Positions 38,234 to 49,187 of a stretch of DNA of 64,000 nucleotides are shown piece by piece. Below the pieces are notes generated by a model. The model ran no database searches. It was not told where the DNA came from and saw nothing but the letters and a program-made list of their open reading frames with translations. Made by a program: the position numbers and the translations under genes. This DNA comes from Bdellovibrionales bacterium RIFOXYD12_FULL_39_22 (GTDB lineage Bacteria; Bdellovibrionota; Bacteriovoracia; Bacteriovoracales; Bacteriovoracaceae), in contig MEQL01000007.1 of the NCBI GenBank assembly GCA_001770205.1, positions 1 through 64,000 of the forward strand, given 5' to 3'. Positions within the stretch are counted from its first letter, which is position 1; each line of letters opens with the position of its first letter.

Positions 38234-40558
38234 TTATCTGGTGGCCAGAGATTGTTCTTGTTCTTGTATCTTTTCCATTAGCGATGCAACATCCAAAATC
38301 AGTCCCACCTCGCCATCTCCTTGAATAGAACATCCAGAGATTCCTTTAATGTAGTTTAAATTTACTTTCTCAAAGTAACTGGGTAAACTTTTGATAATGG
38401 TCTGATGTTGTCCAAGCAATTGATCAACCAGCAAGGCAATAGTTGAGCCGCGACTTTCTAAGACCATTAAGACACCTTCTTCGATTTTTTCAGTAGCGTG
38501 CGTTATCTTGTGTACGTTGTGTAGGCGAACAATTGGAATCATCCTTTTGCGAACTTTAATAAGTTCTTGTCCTTGTACGATTTGATCTATCTCTAAATTT
38601 TTTGCCTTAATAGTCTCAGTAATGGAATCTATTGGAATAGTATATTTGATTCCACCACAGTTTACCAACATACCGTCAATAATTGCTAAGGTTAGGGGAA
38701 TTTTTATTGTAAAGGTAGTTCCTACTCCAACTTTGGTATCGATAGTAACTCGGCCTTTCATTTTTTGAATGTTTTGCATTACGACATCCATGCCAACACC
38801 TCGGCCGGAAATATCGGAAACTTTTTCTGCAGTGGAAAAACCAGGGGCAAAGATCAGACGATATACCTCTTGATCAGTCATTGAAGAGCCGTCATGATTA
38901 ATGAGTCCCATTTCGTGTGCTTTGGCGGCGATTTTAACTCTATCAAGTCCGCGGCCATCATCGCTAACAATTATCCATACCTCTCCAGATTCATGGATGG
39001 CCCCGACTTTAATAGTTCCAAACTTAGGTTTTCCCAGACCGACACGAACTTCCTCGCTTTCGATCCCATGATCAACACTGTTGCGTAACATATGAAGGAG
39101 TGGATTATTAATTACGTCAATTAGAGACTTATCTACCTCAGTAGATTCTCCAAAGAATTCTATCTTAACTTTTTTATTAGTTTTTTTACTTATATCATGA
39201 ACGATACGAACCATTTTCTTAAACATGGAAGAAACAGGGATCATGCGCATGGCCATTGAGGTATCCTGTAATTCGGCAAGAACTTTAGTGAAAAAATGAA
39301 ATGATTTTTTTAGATTTTCTCCATTCTTCGTATTGAAATCTATGTCTTTGTGAATCATGGTTTTGGCGATTAATAATTCTCCGACTATGTCATTAAGATA
39401 ATCCAATTTGACAGTGTCGATTCTAATATCTTTTTTTGCCATCCCAGCTTCCGAGGATGGATTATTGGAACCATCTCCGGTGCTAGTATTTTTGTCACTA
39501 AAACTTAAGTTAATATCTTCAATCTTAAGTTCAGATGCTTTGGCAGCAAAATCAGCAACACTACTATGGTTTAGATAGCGTTCGATCATGCGCAGACCAC
39601 TTTTATTATTCCATCTGTCGAGGTCATTTTTATTGGATAGCTCGAATCCCTCCTGCAAAATATCCACAATGGTTATCAAATCTTCCACAGCATTTTTGGT
39701 TATGGGAATGGTGTTATTAATTAATTCATCTATAAGAGTTTCAATTTTGTGAGAAAAAATTTCTAGTAAGGAAAAATTGAAAAGGCCGAAGTTCCCCTTG
39801 AGTGTATGGACGGAACGATAGATGTCGCGTAGTAAGTCAATGTTTTTAATGTTACTAACAAAACTCATCAAATTATTTTCAATGTCTTCTAGTAATTCTT
39901 TTACTTCTGTTTGAAAAATTTTTATCGATTCATCGTCCATTTTAGAAGTTGGGGCTTCAACATTTTTTGCCTTGGAAGTTGATGCCAGTGAATCCAAAAC
40001 ATTTTTATCTAATCCCTTTTCTGCGACTAATTCTTTCAGCGATTCTAGGGCCGCATCATTAATAATTCCTCCAATGTTTTCGGCCTTTGTGGAGGTTTCT
40101 GGCTCGGATGTGGCAATCGGATCTCGTTTTATCTCAGGGGATAAGACGACATCTGGAGCACTAAGGCCATGAATCAAAGCTTCTAATTCACGAATAAAAC
40201 TTGCCGCCTCGGTTTCGAAACCACCATCACTATGATGTTCCATTACTGCCGATAGTGTTTTTCTTAAATAATCAAAAAACTTAATAAGGATATCTACATC
40301 GATATGTCGAGAGCTATGTTCATTGGTGCGAATAAGTGACAGAAGATTTTCTGCGGCATGAGCAACTTTTGAGATGTTGTTAAAATTAAAACATCCAGCG
40401 GTTCCCTTTATATTGTGCACTGGACGAAAAAGAGAATTTGCCAGACCTTGGTCTATTACCTTTGACGCAATTACCAACGGCTCTACATCGTCAAGCATCT
40501 CGACCGATTCAAGAATAAATTCTTCCACTAGCTCATAATCAATTTCATCGTTGGCCAT
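38234..40558 (-). CDS. cheA: chemotaxis histidine kinase CheA with two HPt domains
   Basis: PVHNIKG and SVHTLKG HPt motifs, HMLRNSVDHG, DDGRG, SGRGVGMD, C-terminal CheW domain. Confidence 0.96.
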   Translation of the reverse strand: MANDEIDYELVEEFILESVEMLDDVEPLVIASKVIDQGLANSLFRPVHNIKGTAGCFNFNNISKVAHAAENLLSLIRTNEHSSRHIDVDILIKFFDYLRKTLSAVMEHHSDGGFETEAASFIRELEALIHGLSAPDVVLSPEIKRDPIATSEPETSTKAENIGGIINDAALESLKELVAEKGLDKNVLDSLASTSKAKNVEAPTSKMDDESIKIFQTEVKELLEDIENNLMSFVSNIKNIDLLRDIYRSVHTLKGNFGLFNFSLLEIFSHKIETLIDELINNTIPITKNAVEDLITIVDILQEGFELSNKNDLDRWNNKSGLRMIERYLNHSSVADFAAKASELKIEDINLSFSDKNTSTGDGSNNPSSEAGMAKKDIRIDTVKLDYLNDIVGELLIAKTMIHKDIDFNTKNGENLKKSFHFFTKVLAELQDTSMAMRMIPVSSMFKKMVRIVHDISKKTNKKVKIEFFGESTEVDKSLIDVINNPLLHMLRNSVDHGIESEEVRVGLGKPKFGTIKVGAIHESGEVWIIVSDDGRGLDRVKIAAKAHEMGLINHDGSSMTDQEVYRLIFAPGFSTAEKVSDISGRGVGMDVVMQNIQKMKGRVTIDTKVGVGTTFTIKIPLTLAIIDGMLVNCGGIKYTIPIDSITETIKAKNLEIDQIVQGQELIKVRKRMIPIVRLHNVHKITHATEKIEEGVLMVLESRGSTIALLVDQLLGQHQTIIKSLPSYFEKVNLNYIKGISGCSIQGDGEVGLILDVASLMEKIQEQEQSLATR

Positions 40559-40575
40559 ATTTTACTCCAATAATG

Positions 40576-42087
40576 CTAATATCTTCCAAAATCATTATCA
40601 TTTAAATTAACTTTAATTTCATGTTCTTCGTCGGAGACAGTTCGATTGGTAGGTTGCAAATTGATTGTTTGAATTGATTCTAATTTGCTTTTATTTTGTC
40701 CGGATGCCGTTCGACTTTTTTCTTCGGCCGTCTTTTTAGGGATTGGTGGTAACGGCTGAGTTGTTGTTTTTTCCAGTTTTTTAACTGGTGAATTGGCGGA
40801 AGTTGTTTTACTAGTTAGCGGTTTGGCCACTACATTGCGAGGAGCATTTTTAACAGTTTGGCGGCCATCCATTTTTTTTGGCAGGGCGGACCTGATGTCA
40901 TTAATGCTGGCCACAAAGTTTTGTGCCTTTTCTAGAAGTGTAGAGATCAAATTAGCAGAATCTTGTGCGTATGTTTTATTTTTGCTAGTGATAGATTCTA
41001 TATGTTTCATTCCTAAATTAACTTGATCTACACCCATGGCCTGCTCTTTTGAGGCGGTAGCAATTTCACCGATTAAATTATTTATATTATCTATTCCGCT
41101 AACAATTTCTTTAAGGTAACCGGCGGTAGTTTGAGAAATAGTAGAGCCGTTTTGGGTTTTAATAGTTGAATCTTCAATTAATTGGGTTGTTTCTCTGGCC
41201 GCTTCAGCACTTCTTGCCGCAAGGTTTCGTACCTCATCGGCAACTACCGCAAATCCTTTTCCATGTACACCCGCTCTTGCGGCCTCAACGGCGGCGTTAA
41301 GTGCCAAGAGATTAGTTTGAAAAGCAATTTCATCGATTACTTTTATTATTTTTGAGATATTTTTGCTAGCACCAATAATGGCAGACATGGCGCCCAACAT
41401 GCTCTCCATATGACTTGCACCAATGGATGCTTTCTCTTTTACATTTAAACTTAATTCGCGTGCGCGAGAAGCATTGGCGGCATTACTATTTATTTGCCCT
41501 CCTATTTGAGTCATTGAGGCGGACATCTCTTCAAGCGAAGTAGCGTTTTGTCCTGTTCCGCTGGCAAAATTCTTTGTCGTATCAAATATATTTTGGGTTA
41601 TTTGAAAAATCTCTTCTGCTACAACCTGGGTGTTGTTCTTCTTTTGAGCGATACTTCCCTTTATTCTTTTAATTTGATGGTGCATGGCCTCTAAATCTAC
41701 CTTCTCGGTTTTAACACTGGAGACGGAAAAAATCTCATCTTCAAGTCCACCAAGTTCGTTATATATTGGCAAAAGGTTAGAATGCAAAAGCTGCTTGACC
41801 TGTTCGGGGGCCTGCGAACTAGCTTGGGACAATTTTTCTAGCAGTTTAAAAAGGGGAGTGGCTATTTTACTAAGATCAGTTTTACTTAGTCGTTCTAACA
41901 TTGCCAAATGATCAGTATGAGAAGTACTGCTGAGGGCATTGCTTAAGTAGTTGGCCAAAGAATTTAATGCCAAATTATTTTTTTTCCGTAAAAAATAATA
42001 AGTTCCGCCAATTGAGCAGATCGCGATGATGAACATGTAAAGGATCCCGCTGGAATAGGATAAACAGTTGACAGATATTGGGGACAT
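40576..42087 (-). CDS. methyl-accepting chemotaxis protein
   Basis: [29 protein letters not shown]; single N-terminal TM; C-terminal DFGRY. Confidence 0.95.
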   Translation of the reverse strand: MSPISVNCLSYSSGILYMFIIAICSIGGTYYFLRKKNNLALNSLANYLSNALSSTSHTDHLAMLERLSKTDLSKIATPLFKLLEKLSQASSQAPEQVKQLLHSNLLPIYNELGGLEDEIFSVSSVKTEKVDLEAMHHQIKRIKGSIAQKKNNTQVVAEEIFQITQNIFDTTKNFASGTGQNATSLEEMSASMTQIGGQINSNAANASRARELSLNVKEKASIGASHMESMLGAMSAIIGASKNISKIIKVIDEIAFQTNLLALNAAVEAARAGVHGKGFAVVADEVRNLAARSAEAARETTQLIEDSTIKTQNGSTISQTTAGYLKEIVSGIDNINNLIGEIATASKEQAMGVDQVNLGMKHIESITSKNKTYAQDSANLISTLLEKAQNFVASINDIRSALPKKMDGRQTVKNAPRNVVAKPLTSKTTSANSPVKKLEKTTTQPLPPIPKKTAEEKSRTASGQNKSKLESIQTINLQPTNRTVSDEEHEIKVNLNDNDFGRY

Positions 42088-42118
42088 TGATTACTCCTTG
42101 TTTCTATTAATTGTGCTA

Positions 42119-42775
42119 TTACGCTGGATCGATTTGTTCATGATGCTTATTGCTATTTTCCAAGGTTTTCTCTAAAGGGTCGATCCCATCAAATTCCAAA
42201 TCTTGTTCCTTAACTTGTTCGATGGTGCTCATTTTTTCCAGATAATTATGCTCTTTGCTTTCGATATCTTTTTCACTTAAGTCATACAATAGTTTGGCGA
42301 CGTCAACTATGGTTTTGACGGAATCACTTATCCTAGCAATATTGGCCACAAAGCGACTAGCAATAGTAGAACTTACTTTGGGCCGTGGTTCTATTTTGGA
42401 CAGAGGAATTCGCATTACCTCGGTAACTCTATCTACAATTATGCCAACATTAATTTCTTCGTGTTGAACCACCACAATGCAGGTACGGTCATCATATTCC
42501 ATGGAACTTAGGCCCAGGCGCGTTCTAAAATCGATTACGGGAAGAATTTTTCCACGTAAATTAGCAACACCTTTGATGAAGGAATAGACGCTCGGAATTG
42601 GAGTTATGGTGGAGATGCGAATTATTTCGACTACGCTGCCGACGTCAATGCCATAGGATTCTGTTCCAATGGAGAATGTTAAATACATATTACTTTGCTC
42701 ATCAACTATATTTTGGGCCGGGCGAGATAGCTTACTATCTTCCTTTGATTTTTTTTCAGCAGATTCTTTTTTCAT
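42119..42775 (-). CDS. cheW: chemotaxis coupling protein CheW
   Basis: YLTF, EII, GVANLRGKILPV, GIIVDRV. Confidence 0.93.
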   Translation of the reverse strand: MKKESAEKKSKEDSKLSRPAQNIVDEQSNMYLTFSIGTESYGIDVGSVVEIIRISTITPIPSVYSFIKGVANLRGKILPVIDFRTRLGLSSMEYDDRTCIVVVQHEEINVGIIVDRVTEVMRIPLSKIEPRPKVSSTIASRFVANIARISDSVKTIVDVAKLLYDLSEKDIESKEHNYLEKMSTIEQVKEQDLEFDGIDPLEKTLENSNKHHEQIDPA

Positions 42776-42884
42776 AGTTTCCTTGATAAGTTTAATATTG
42801 TGATAATGACATTAGTATAGCATGCTATTGATTGACGTCGATTTTTGAATACCTGGGAAAACTTTTCTGGTGGATGTAATAAAA

Positions 42885-43973
42885 ATGGATGATAAAAAAA
42901 TAATTTTTTTCGTTGGAGGAGGAAGTGGTGGCCATGTAATGCCGGCAGTTGCACTTATAGAATCTTTAAAAAAAGATAGCAGGTACAATATAAAATACGT
43001 GGGCAGCGCTACTGGCATTGAACGAAAAATAGTCACAGATCTAGCAATCGATTACCATATAATTTCGGTTGGTAAGCTACGTCGCTACTTGTCTATGCAA
43101 AATATTCTAGATGGTTTTAAAATTATTTTTGGTTTTTTTCAGTCGCTCAAAATATTGTTTCCGTATAGCAGACAAAATTGTTTGGTTTTTTCCACCGGGG
43201 GATTTGTTTCTGTTCCATTCGTATTAGCGGCCTATGTAACAAGAAAGAAAATTTTTATCCATGAGCAAACTAGTCGAGTCGGTTTGGCCAATAAAATTGC
43301 CTCTTATTTTGCGGATAAAATTTTTATTACTTTTGCGAAATCTCAAGATTTTTTTCCAAGTCAAAAAACTTTTCATTTGGGGATGCCTTTGCGAGATGCC
43401 TATTTCCTTCCAACTAATTTTAAATTTACACTCAAAGGACAAAGCTTTAGTGACATGAAAAGGCCAATGCTTTTTGTTTCCGGAGGTGGTAATGGCTCAA
43501 AACTAATAAATGACATGATAAAAAATAATCTAGATTGGATGTGTAGAGATTATTTGGTGGTACATCAAGTTGGTGGGCAGTTTATTTCTGAGTTTTTGAA
43601 AATTGACTTGGCCAATTATATTGCGGTCGACTTTTTAAAGGATGAGATGATTGAATTTTTGAAAATGGCCAGCGTAATAATTTCTCGGGCGGGGGCCGTA
43701 ACAGTCTATCAAATTATGACATTAAAAAAGTGTGCTGTTTTTATTCCTCTTAAGATTGCTCAAAAAAATGAACAATTTCATAATGCCAAAGAAGCACAGA
43801 AAGTTACTGGGTCGGTTATACTTGAGGAAGGGCAGGTCGAGAGTTGTGATTTAAAGAAAATAGTAGCAGAGGTTCGTCAAAAAAATGAAGCAAGTATGGC
43901 GCATGGTTTTACGTTAAATGTTCGCGATAATCCAAAGCATGCGTTAGTGGCAGAAATTCATTCGGCCTTTTAG
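42885..43973 (+). CDS. murG: MurG N-acetylglucosaminyltransferase
   Basis: GGGSGGHV, GGFVS.P, HEQ, GLAN, SRAGA, EQ.HNA. Confidence 0.93.
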   Translation: MDDKKIIFFVGGGSGGHVMPAVALIESLKKDSRYNIKYVGSATGIERKIVTDLAIDYHIISVGKLRRYLSMQNILDGFKIIFGFFQSLKILFPYSRQNCLVFSTGGFVSVPFVLAAYVTRKKIFIHEQTSRVGLANKIASYFADKIFITFAKSQDFFPSQKTFHLGMPLRDAYFLPTNFKFTLKGQSFSDMKRPMLFVSGGGNGSKLINDMIKNNLDWMCRDYLVVHQVGGQFISEFLKIDLANYIAVDFLKDEMIEFLKMASVIISRAGAVTVYQIMTLKKCAVFIPLKIAQKNEQFHNAKEAQKVTGSVILEEGQVESCDLKKIVAEVRQKNEASMAHGFTLNVRDNPKHALVAEIHSAF

Positions 43974-43980
43974 TTATGCT

Positions 43981-44643
43981 TTATTTAAAAACATAACCTC
44001 TAGATTTAATTGTTTTTATTCTCTCAGAAAAAGGAGAGAGTTTTTTGCGCACATTAGATAGGTGAGTATCTATGTTTTGCATTTGTACCTTGGTGTCGTT
44101 CCAAATATAATCAGAGATAAAATCGCGAGAGAAAATTTTATCGCGATTGCTTACAAAAAGATGAATAATCTTAAATTCTATGGGAGTTAGTGAGACTTCT
44201 CTTCCATCAAGAATAACTTGCTGCTTATTGCAGTTTAACTCAAAATTATCAAGTTTTATTAAAGTTTCCTGATTAGCATAGGCCACTTTGCTTTTTATGA
44301 TTTTGTTTTTTACTCTGGCAATTAACTCCTCTATCGATACTGGCTTGATGATAAAATCATCGGCCCCCATGGACAAGCCTTTTACTGCTATTTCTGTAGA
44401 GTTCATTCCGGTTAAGAAAATTATTGGCAGTGTGGGGAAATCAACCCTGACCACTCTATAAACTTCAAAGCCATCCATTACGGGCATATTTACATCTAAA
44501 ATCAGAAGATCCGTTTGATTATTTTTTAAAAAAGGAGAGACCTTTTGTGGCTCGCAAATGCAAGTAACACGGAAGTGTTGGCCTAGCATCTGCTCATAAA
44601 GATCAAGAATATCTGGTTGGTCATCAACAATTGTTACATGCAT
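43981..44643 (-). CDS. OmpR/PhoB-family response regulator
   Basis: REC (ILDVNMP, GADDF..KP) plus winged helix (LTPIEF, IDTHLSNVRKK). Confidence 0.92.
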   Translation of the reverse strand: MHVTIVDDQPDILDLYEQMLGQHFRVTCICEPQKVSPFLKNNQTDLLILDVNMPVMDGFEVYRVVRVDFPTLPIIFLTGMNSTEIAVKGLSMGADDFIIKPVSIEELIARVKNKIIKSKVAYANQETLIKLDNFELNCNKQQVILDGREVSLTPIEFKIIHLFVSNRDKIFSRDFISDYIWNDTKVQMQNIDTHLSNVRKKLSPFSERIKTIKSRGYVFK

Positions 44644-44682
44644 AACCGCTACATTAAACCATATAACCCAATAAACTACAAA

Positions 44683-45600
44683 TTATTCGGTATAGTATAT
44701 TCCCTGGTAGAGTTTTTTTACCAGCATCTTTTTTTCCAGTTCTTGGTAAAAAAAAGACATGGCCTTATCCCAAATGGGGGCCCTTAGAATAGCAGGAGGA
44801 GATTCGGCAAATAGACGTTGAATAACAATTCTTGGTGATAAGTTTGATAAAAAATCGACAATCATGCTCAGGTATTGTTGGTAGGTTAAAAGTGGAAAGG
44901 GATTAGTCTGGAAAATTTCGTGAAGGGGAGTTTTTTCTAAAACATGTAGCTGATGAATTTTTACAAAAGTTATAGGAAGTTTAGACAAAAATTTTGCAAC
45001 AGAGATTGGATAATCGGGACTATTATCCCAGGGTAATCCAAAAATAAGATGAGTCCCGGTGTTAATATTATGTCGCTGCGCTAAATTTAGGGCGGAAATA
45101 AAATCGGCCACGCTATGGCCGCGGTTTATTTTTAACAGAGTATTATCCGCTATAGATTCTAGGCCCAATTCCAGCGTTATATCATAGTGTTGATTTAGTT
45201 CGGCCAAATATATCATAAGCTTTTCATCAACACAGTCGGGACGTGTTCCAATGGCCAGCCCACAAACTAAGGGGTGGGCCAATGCTTCTTCATATATTTT
45301 TTGCAAAACAGGCAGTGGTGCATAGCTATTGCTATAGGTCTGAAAATAAACGATGTATTTATTTGCCTTATATCGGCGTAAGGATGTTTTGATTCCGTGA
45401 TTGATCTGGTCGGTAATAGACAATCCTTCCAAATGTTGAGGTGGCCCAAAAGATTCGTTGTTACAATAAATACAGCCTCCCTTGCCTTTTGTTCCATCAC
45501 GATTAGGACAGGTAAAACCACCAATGACGGTAATTTTTTGCACTCTTTCCCCATATTTTGCTTTTAAATATTGGGTGTATTGATTATAGATATGGGCCAT
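44683..45600 (-). CDS. TIGR01212-family radical SAM protein (YhcC/YtqA-like)
   Basis: GFTCPNRDG..G.GGCIYC, YFQ, GTRPDC, ELGLES, INRGH. Confidence 0.92.
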   Translation of the reverse strand: MAHIYNQYTQYLKAKYGERVQKITVIGGFTCPNRDGTKGKGGCIYCNNESFGPPQHLEGLSITDQINHGIKTSLRRYKANKYIVYFQTYSNSYAPLPVLQKIYEEALAHPLVCGLAIGTRPDCVDEKLMIYLAELNQHYDITLELGLESIADNTLLKINRGHSVADFISALNLAQRHNINTGTHLIFGLPWDNSPDYPISVAKFLSKLPITFVKIHQLHVLEKTPLHEIFQTNPFPLLTYQQYLSMIVDFLSNLSPRIVIQRLFAESPPAILRAPIWDKAMSFFYQELEKKMLVKKLYQGIYYTE

Positions 45601-45657
45601 ATAGATATTAACTTTGTATAATTTATAGTAATAGGCAAGTAACAATTGAGGTTTATT

Positions 45658-46032
45658 GTGAGTGAGATATTGGATATTGAAAAGTTAAAAGAGAAAATTG
45701 CTCATTTTGCGCAGGAGCGGGATTGGCAGCAATTTCACAATCCAAAAAATTTGGCCATGGCCTTAACTGTGGAGAGTTCAGAATTGATGGAAATTTTCCA
45801 ATGGTTGAATCTAGAAGAAGCGGCAAAAATTTGTGATGATCCAAATAAAAAAATAGAAATTGAAGATGAACTTTCGGATATATTAGTTTATGTGGTTCGC
45901 TTGGCCGGAGTTTTAAATGTAAATTTGCCTAATGCCATAGAGAAAAAAATGAAAAAAAATGCGCTAAAATATCCCGCCGAATTAGTGAAAGGTAGCGCCA
46001 AAAAATATTCTGAATATAAAAATAGAAAGTAG
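45658..46032 (+). CDS. MazG-like nucleotide pyrophosphohydrolase
   Basis: F..ERDWQQFHNPKNL, ESSELME, DELSD, KYP. Confidence 0.9.
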   Translation: MSEILDIEKLKEKIAHFAQERDWQQFHNPKNLAMALTVESSELMEIFQWLNLEEAAKICDDPNKKIEIEDELSDILVYVVRLAGVLNVNLPNAIEKKMKKNALKYPAELVKGSAKKYSEYKNRK

Positions 46033-46037
46033 TCAAA

Positions 46038-47873
46038 ATGTTGCAAATTAATAAACTAACCAAAAGCTTTGCGGATAAACTTCTTTTTGATCAGATGGAT
46101 TTTACTATAGGTAGCGGTGAAAAGATTGGCCTGGTGGGTAGAAATGGTAGCGGAAAATCCACGTTATTTAAGATTATCACCCACCAGTTAGGTTATGACG
46201 ATGGAGAGATTATTCGGCCTAATAGCTACAAGATCGGTTACCTTGAGCAGCATATTTCATTTACTTCAGCGACGGTATTGGCAGAAAGTTGTACGGCCTT
46301 GCATTATGATGAGAAATTTGATGAATATTTAGCTGAAAAAATTCTCTTTGGACTTGGTTTTACCAAAGAAGATATGCAAAAAGATCCCCAAAAATTTTCG
46401 GGTGGTTTTCAAATTAGAATTCAGTTAACCAAGGTTTTGTTGCAAAAACCTGATTTACTACTTTTGGATGAGCCGACTAATTATCTGGATATCATTAGTC
46501 TACGTTGGTTGGCCGGGTTTATAAAAAAGTTTGATGGAGAGGTGTTAATCATTTCCCATGATCGCCAGTTTTTGGATGCCGTAACTACGCATACTGCCAT
46601 GCTCACTAATAAAAAGATTAAAAAGATCGAAGGACGTTTTGCCAAATTACAGGCGCAAATGCGAGAAGAAGAAGAGATTTTAAAAAAGACACAGAAAAAT
46701 CAAGAAAAGCGTGTAAAGGAATTAGAACAATTCATCACCAGATTTAAAAGTAAGGCATCGAAGGCCGCGCAGGCGCAATCAAAAATGAAGATGCTGGCCA
46801 AAATGGAGGTAATTGAGCGCGTTGAGGGAGAATCAAATTTTAACTTTGATTTTAACTATCGGCCCATCAGTTCCAAGTTTATTGGGGATATTAAGAATTT
46901 ATCTTTTCACTATCCGGCCAGTGACAAAGTATTAATTAATGATTTGAGCTTTTCTATAAAAAAAAATGACCGCATGGCCATTATTGGAAAAAATGGCAAG
47001 GGAAAAACAACGCTTCTGAAATTGTTGGCCCAGCGCCTTTCTCCCTCGGCCGGTGATGTTTCCCTGGCCTCTGATGTTAAGATTGGTTTTTACTCACAAA
47101 TTGTTACGGAAGAGCTAGATGAGAATGCAACTATCGTAGAAGAGATTGCTTCTGCTAATGAAGATTTATCAATTGCTCAGATTAGAAATATATGTGGAAT
47201 TATAATGTTCGAAGGAGATGATGCTTTTAAGTTAATAAAAATTTTATCCGGTGGAGAAAAAAATCGAGTGTCGTTGGGAAAAATTTTGGCCAGTAATATT
47301 AATTTACTGTTGTTGGATGAACCGACCAACCACTTAGATGTTGAGTCTGTTGATGCCCTGATTTCGGCATTAGAGCGCTTTCCAGGGGCCGTGATGCTAG
47401 TATCGCACGATGAAATGGTCTTACGCAAACTGGCCACTTCCTTGGTGGTATTTACGGAAGAAAAAGCAGAATATTTTTTGGGAAATTATGATGATTTTTT
47501 AGTTAAAATCGGTTGGCCGGAAGAGCGTGATCAAGGGGATAAAAAAAATAAGACAGTGGACTATAGAGCGTATAAACAGCAGAAGGCCGACCTGATCAAG
47601 GAGCGGTCGCAGATCATCTTGCCACTAAAAAAAATGATAGAGCAAATTGAAGCAGAAATTATTACGTTAGAAAAAAAATTGGAAGTGGCCAACCAAAATT
47701 TGCTGCGGGCATTATCGGAAAAAAAAGGTGAAGAGATCTCCAACTTGTCCAAAGATATAGGCCTAATGGAAAAGAAGATTAATCAGCATTTTACTGAATT
47801 AGAAAGCGCCAGCAATCGATTGTCTGAGGCGGAAAAAAAATATGAACTACTTTTGAGCGCTCTCGAAGGTTAA
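46038..47873 (+). CDS. ABC-F family ATPase
   Basis: Two ABC cassettes (GRNGSGKS, GKNGKGKT, LDEPTN twice), no TM segments, C-terminal coiled coil. Confidence 0.93.
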   Translation: MLQINKLTKSFADKLLFDQMDFTIGSGEKIGLVGRNGSGKSTLFKIITHQLGYDDGEIIRPNSYKIGYLEQHISFTSATVLAESCTALHYDEKFDEYLAEKILFGLGFTKEDMQKDPQKFSGGFQIRIQLTKVLLQKPDLLLLDEPTNYLDIISLRWLAGFIKKFDGEVLIISHDRQFLDAVTTHTAMLTNKKIKKIEGRFAKLQAQMREEEEILKKTQKNQEKRVKELEQFITRFKSKASKAAQAQSKMKMLAKMEVIERVEGESNFNFDFNYRPISSKFIGDIKNLSFHYPASDKVLINDLSFSIKKNDRMAIIGKNGKGKTTLLKLLAQRLSPSAGDVSLASDVKIGFYSQIVTEELDENATIVEEIASANEDLSIAQIRNICGIIMFEGDDAFKLIKILSGGEKNRVSLGKILASNINLLLLDEPTNHLDVESVDALISALERFPGAVMLVSHDEMVLRKLATSLVVFTEEKAEYFLGNYDDFLVKIGWPEERDQGDKKNKTVDYRAYKQQKADLIKERSQIILPLKKMIEQIEAEIITLEKKLEVANQNLLRALSEKKGEEISNLSKDIGLMEKKINQHFTELESASNRLSEAEKKYELLLSALEG

Positions 47874-49013
47874 TTCGAAGGCCAAAAAGAGAGTTCTTTG
47901 CGATTTACTAAAGTTATTGTCGCTGGCCAAAAAGATTATCTGACTTCCGTTGGGAAGTTTGGGGCCCAAACAGATGGCCTCAATATTGTCTAATCGTGGA
48001 AAGTTTTTATCGAGCAGAGGAACGATCTCATCTAAATCTAAAATGAGGCGCTTGGTGGTGGTGGTGTTGGCCACTCCTTGGATACTCATTTGGCCCGAGA
48101 TATCGTTGGCCTTTTGAGTATCAATATGAGTGTGAAAGACGCGAATAAAGTTGCGTTTCATCGTATCATTCCAACTGCGTTCGAGAGTTATTATTTCCTT
48201 CTCGTTTATGGCAATCATATCAACCAGTCCATTATCGCCCTCAATTGCCGGCAAATTATCAGGATTAGGCATTTTTTCTATACGGTATTGGTACTCGGGC
48301 CCGTAAGAGAGATTGTAGTTATTGTCATCTTTATTGGCCAATTCCATGCGAATTAAGCGAATAGGCCCATCGTTATTTATATCGACCAGTGGCCCATCTT
48401 GTTTTAGTGGCTGCTCATTTCCGCTCCAAAAGACATTACTATTACCCATTTTAGAAAGAGGTTCCCACACTAAGTTTTTACGAACTCCACTACCTTCTTG
48501 ACTTATAAATTTTGCCGGGAGAGGCCATCTCTGTTTTAAGAGTCCATCTTTGCCAAATAGCAACATTTCTGGTTGAACCTTGTTGTTAGGATTGGCCGGA
48601 TCATCTTTTAGCATTCCCTCCGAAGAGAGGAGAAAATTTCCACCATAAAGAGCGATGCCTTCTAAATCAAGATGTCCAATAGCAAAAGTTCCTCCCGTCT
48701 CTGTTTTTAAGAATATGGTTTCTGCTGGAGCAAAGATAATTTTTTTGCCCCCATCTTTTTCTTCAACTTCTATATTAAAGACGTGAATGCGCGGTGGGTT
48801 AACTTCCCCCTTGTCATCACTTACGGCGTATAATTTTTTGTTTTCTTCATCGTAGGCAATTCCTGATAGGCCGCCAATTTCTCCTTGCGCGGCCATGCTT
48901 CCTGTTGGAAAGTTTTGGTCATTTAAAAAATTTAGTTTAAGCGATTGGCCAGCACAGTTGTAAAAAAGCAAGGCGGTTATTATTGTTAAAATAGTAGACA
49001 GTTTTATTTTCAT
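47847..49013 (-). CDS. exported esterase-like activity of phytase family protein
   Basis: IGGLSGI, VSD, DLEGI, DNIE, ASDNNF; signal/lipobox FYNC. Confidence 0.85.
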   Translation of the reverse strand: MKIKLSTILTIITALLFYNCAGQSLKLNFLNDQNFPTGSMAAQGEIGGLSGIAYDEENKKLYAVSDDKGEVNPPRIHVFNIEVEEKDGGKKIIFAPAETIFLKTETGGTFAIGHLDLEGIALYGGNFLLSSEGMLKDDPANPNNKVQPEMLLFGKDGLLKQRWPLPAKFISQEGSGVRKNLVWEPLSKMGNSNVFWSGNEQPLKQDGPLVDINNDGPIRLIRMELANKDDNNYNLSYGPEYQYRIEKMPNPDNLPAIEGDNGLVDMIAINEKEIITLERSWNDTMKRNFIRVFHTHIDTQKANDISGQMSIQGVANTTTTKRLILDLDEIVPLLDKNFPRLDNIEAICLGPKLPNGSQIIFLASDNNFSKSQRTLFLAFELTFESAQK

Positions 49014-49072
49014 ATTATCTCCGTAATTAAGTATATTTTGGCACCAATTTAAAATAATTTTTTTCTTGGACA

Positions 49073-49097
49073 TTGACAACCAAAATGCAGACACCAT
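49073..49097 (+). promoter_or_regulatory. candidate RpoH (sigma32)-type promoter of hsp20
   Basis: TTGACA-N13-CACCAT versus TTGAAA-N13/14-CCCCAT. Confidence 0.4.
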
Positions 49098-49130
49098 TTT
49101 GTGTATGTGAGGAAAAGAAGGAGTAACTAA

Positions 49131-49166
49131 ATGGCCATGAAGTTATCCGAGACAACAAACAGATAA
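49131..49166 (+). CDS. candidate 11-aa leader ORF (MAMKLSETTNR) upstream of hsp20
   Basis: AAGGAG (49118-49123), 7 nt, ATG; stop at 49164-49166. Confidence 0.35.
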   Translation: MAMKLSETTNR

Positions 49167-49187
49167 ACTTTTTACAAGGAGACGTTT

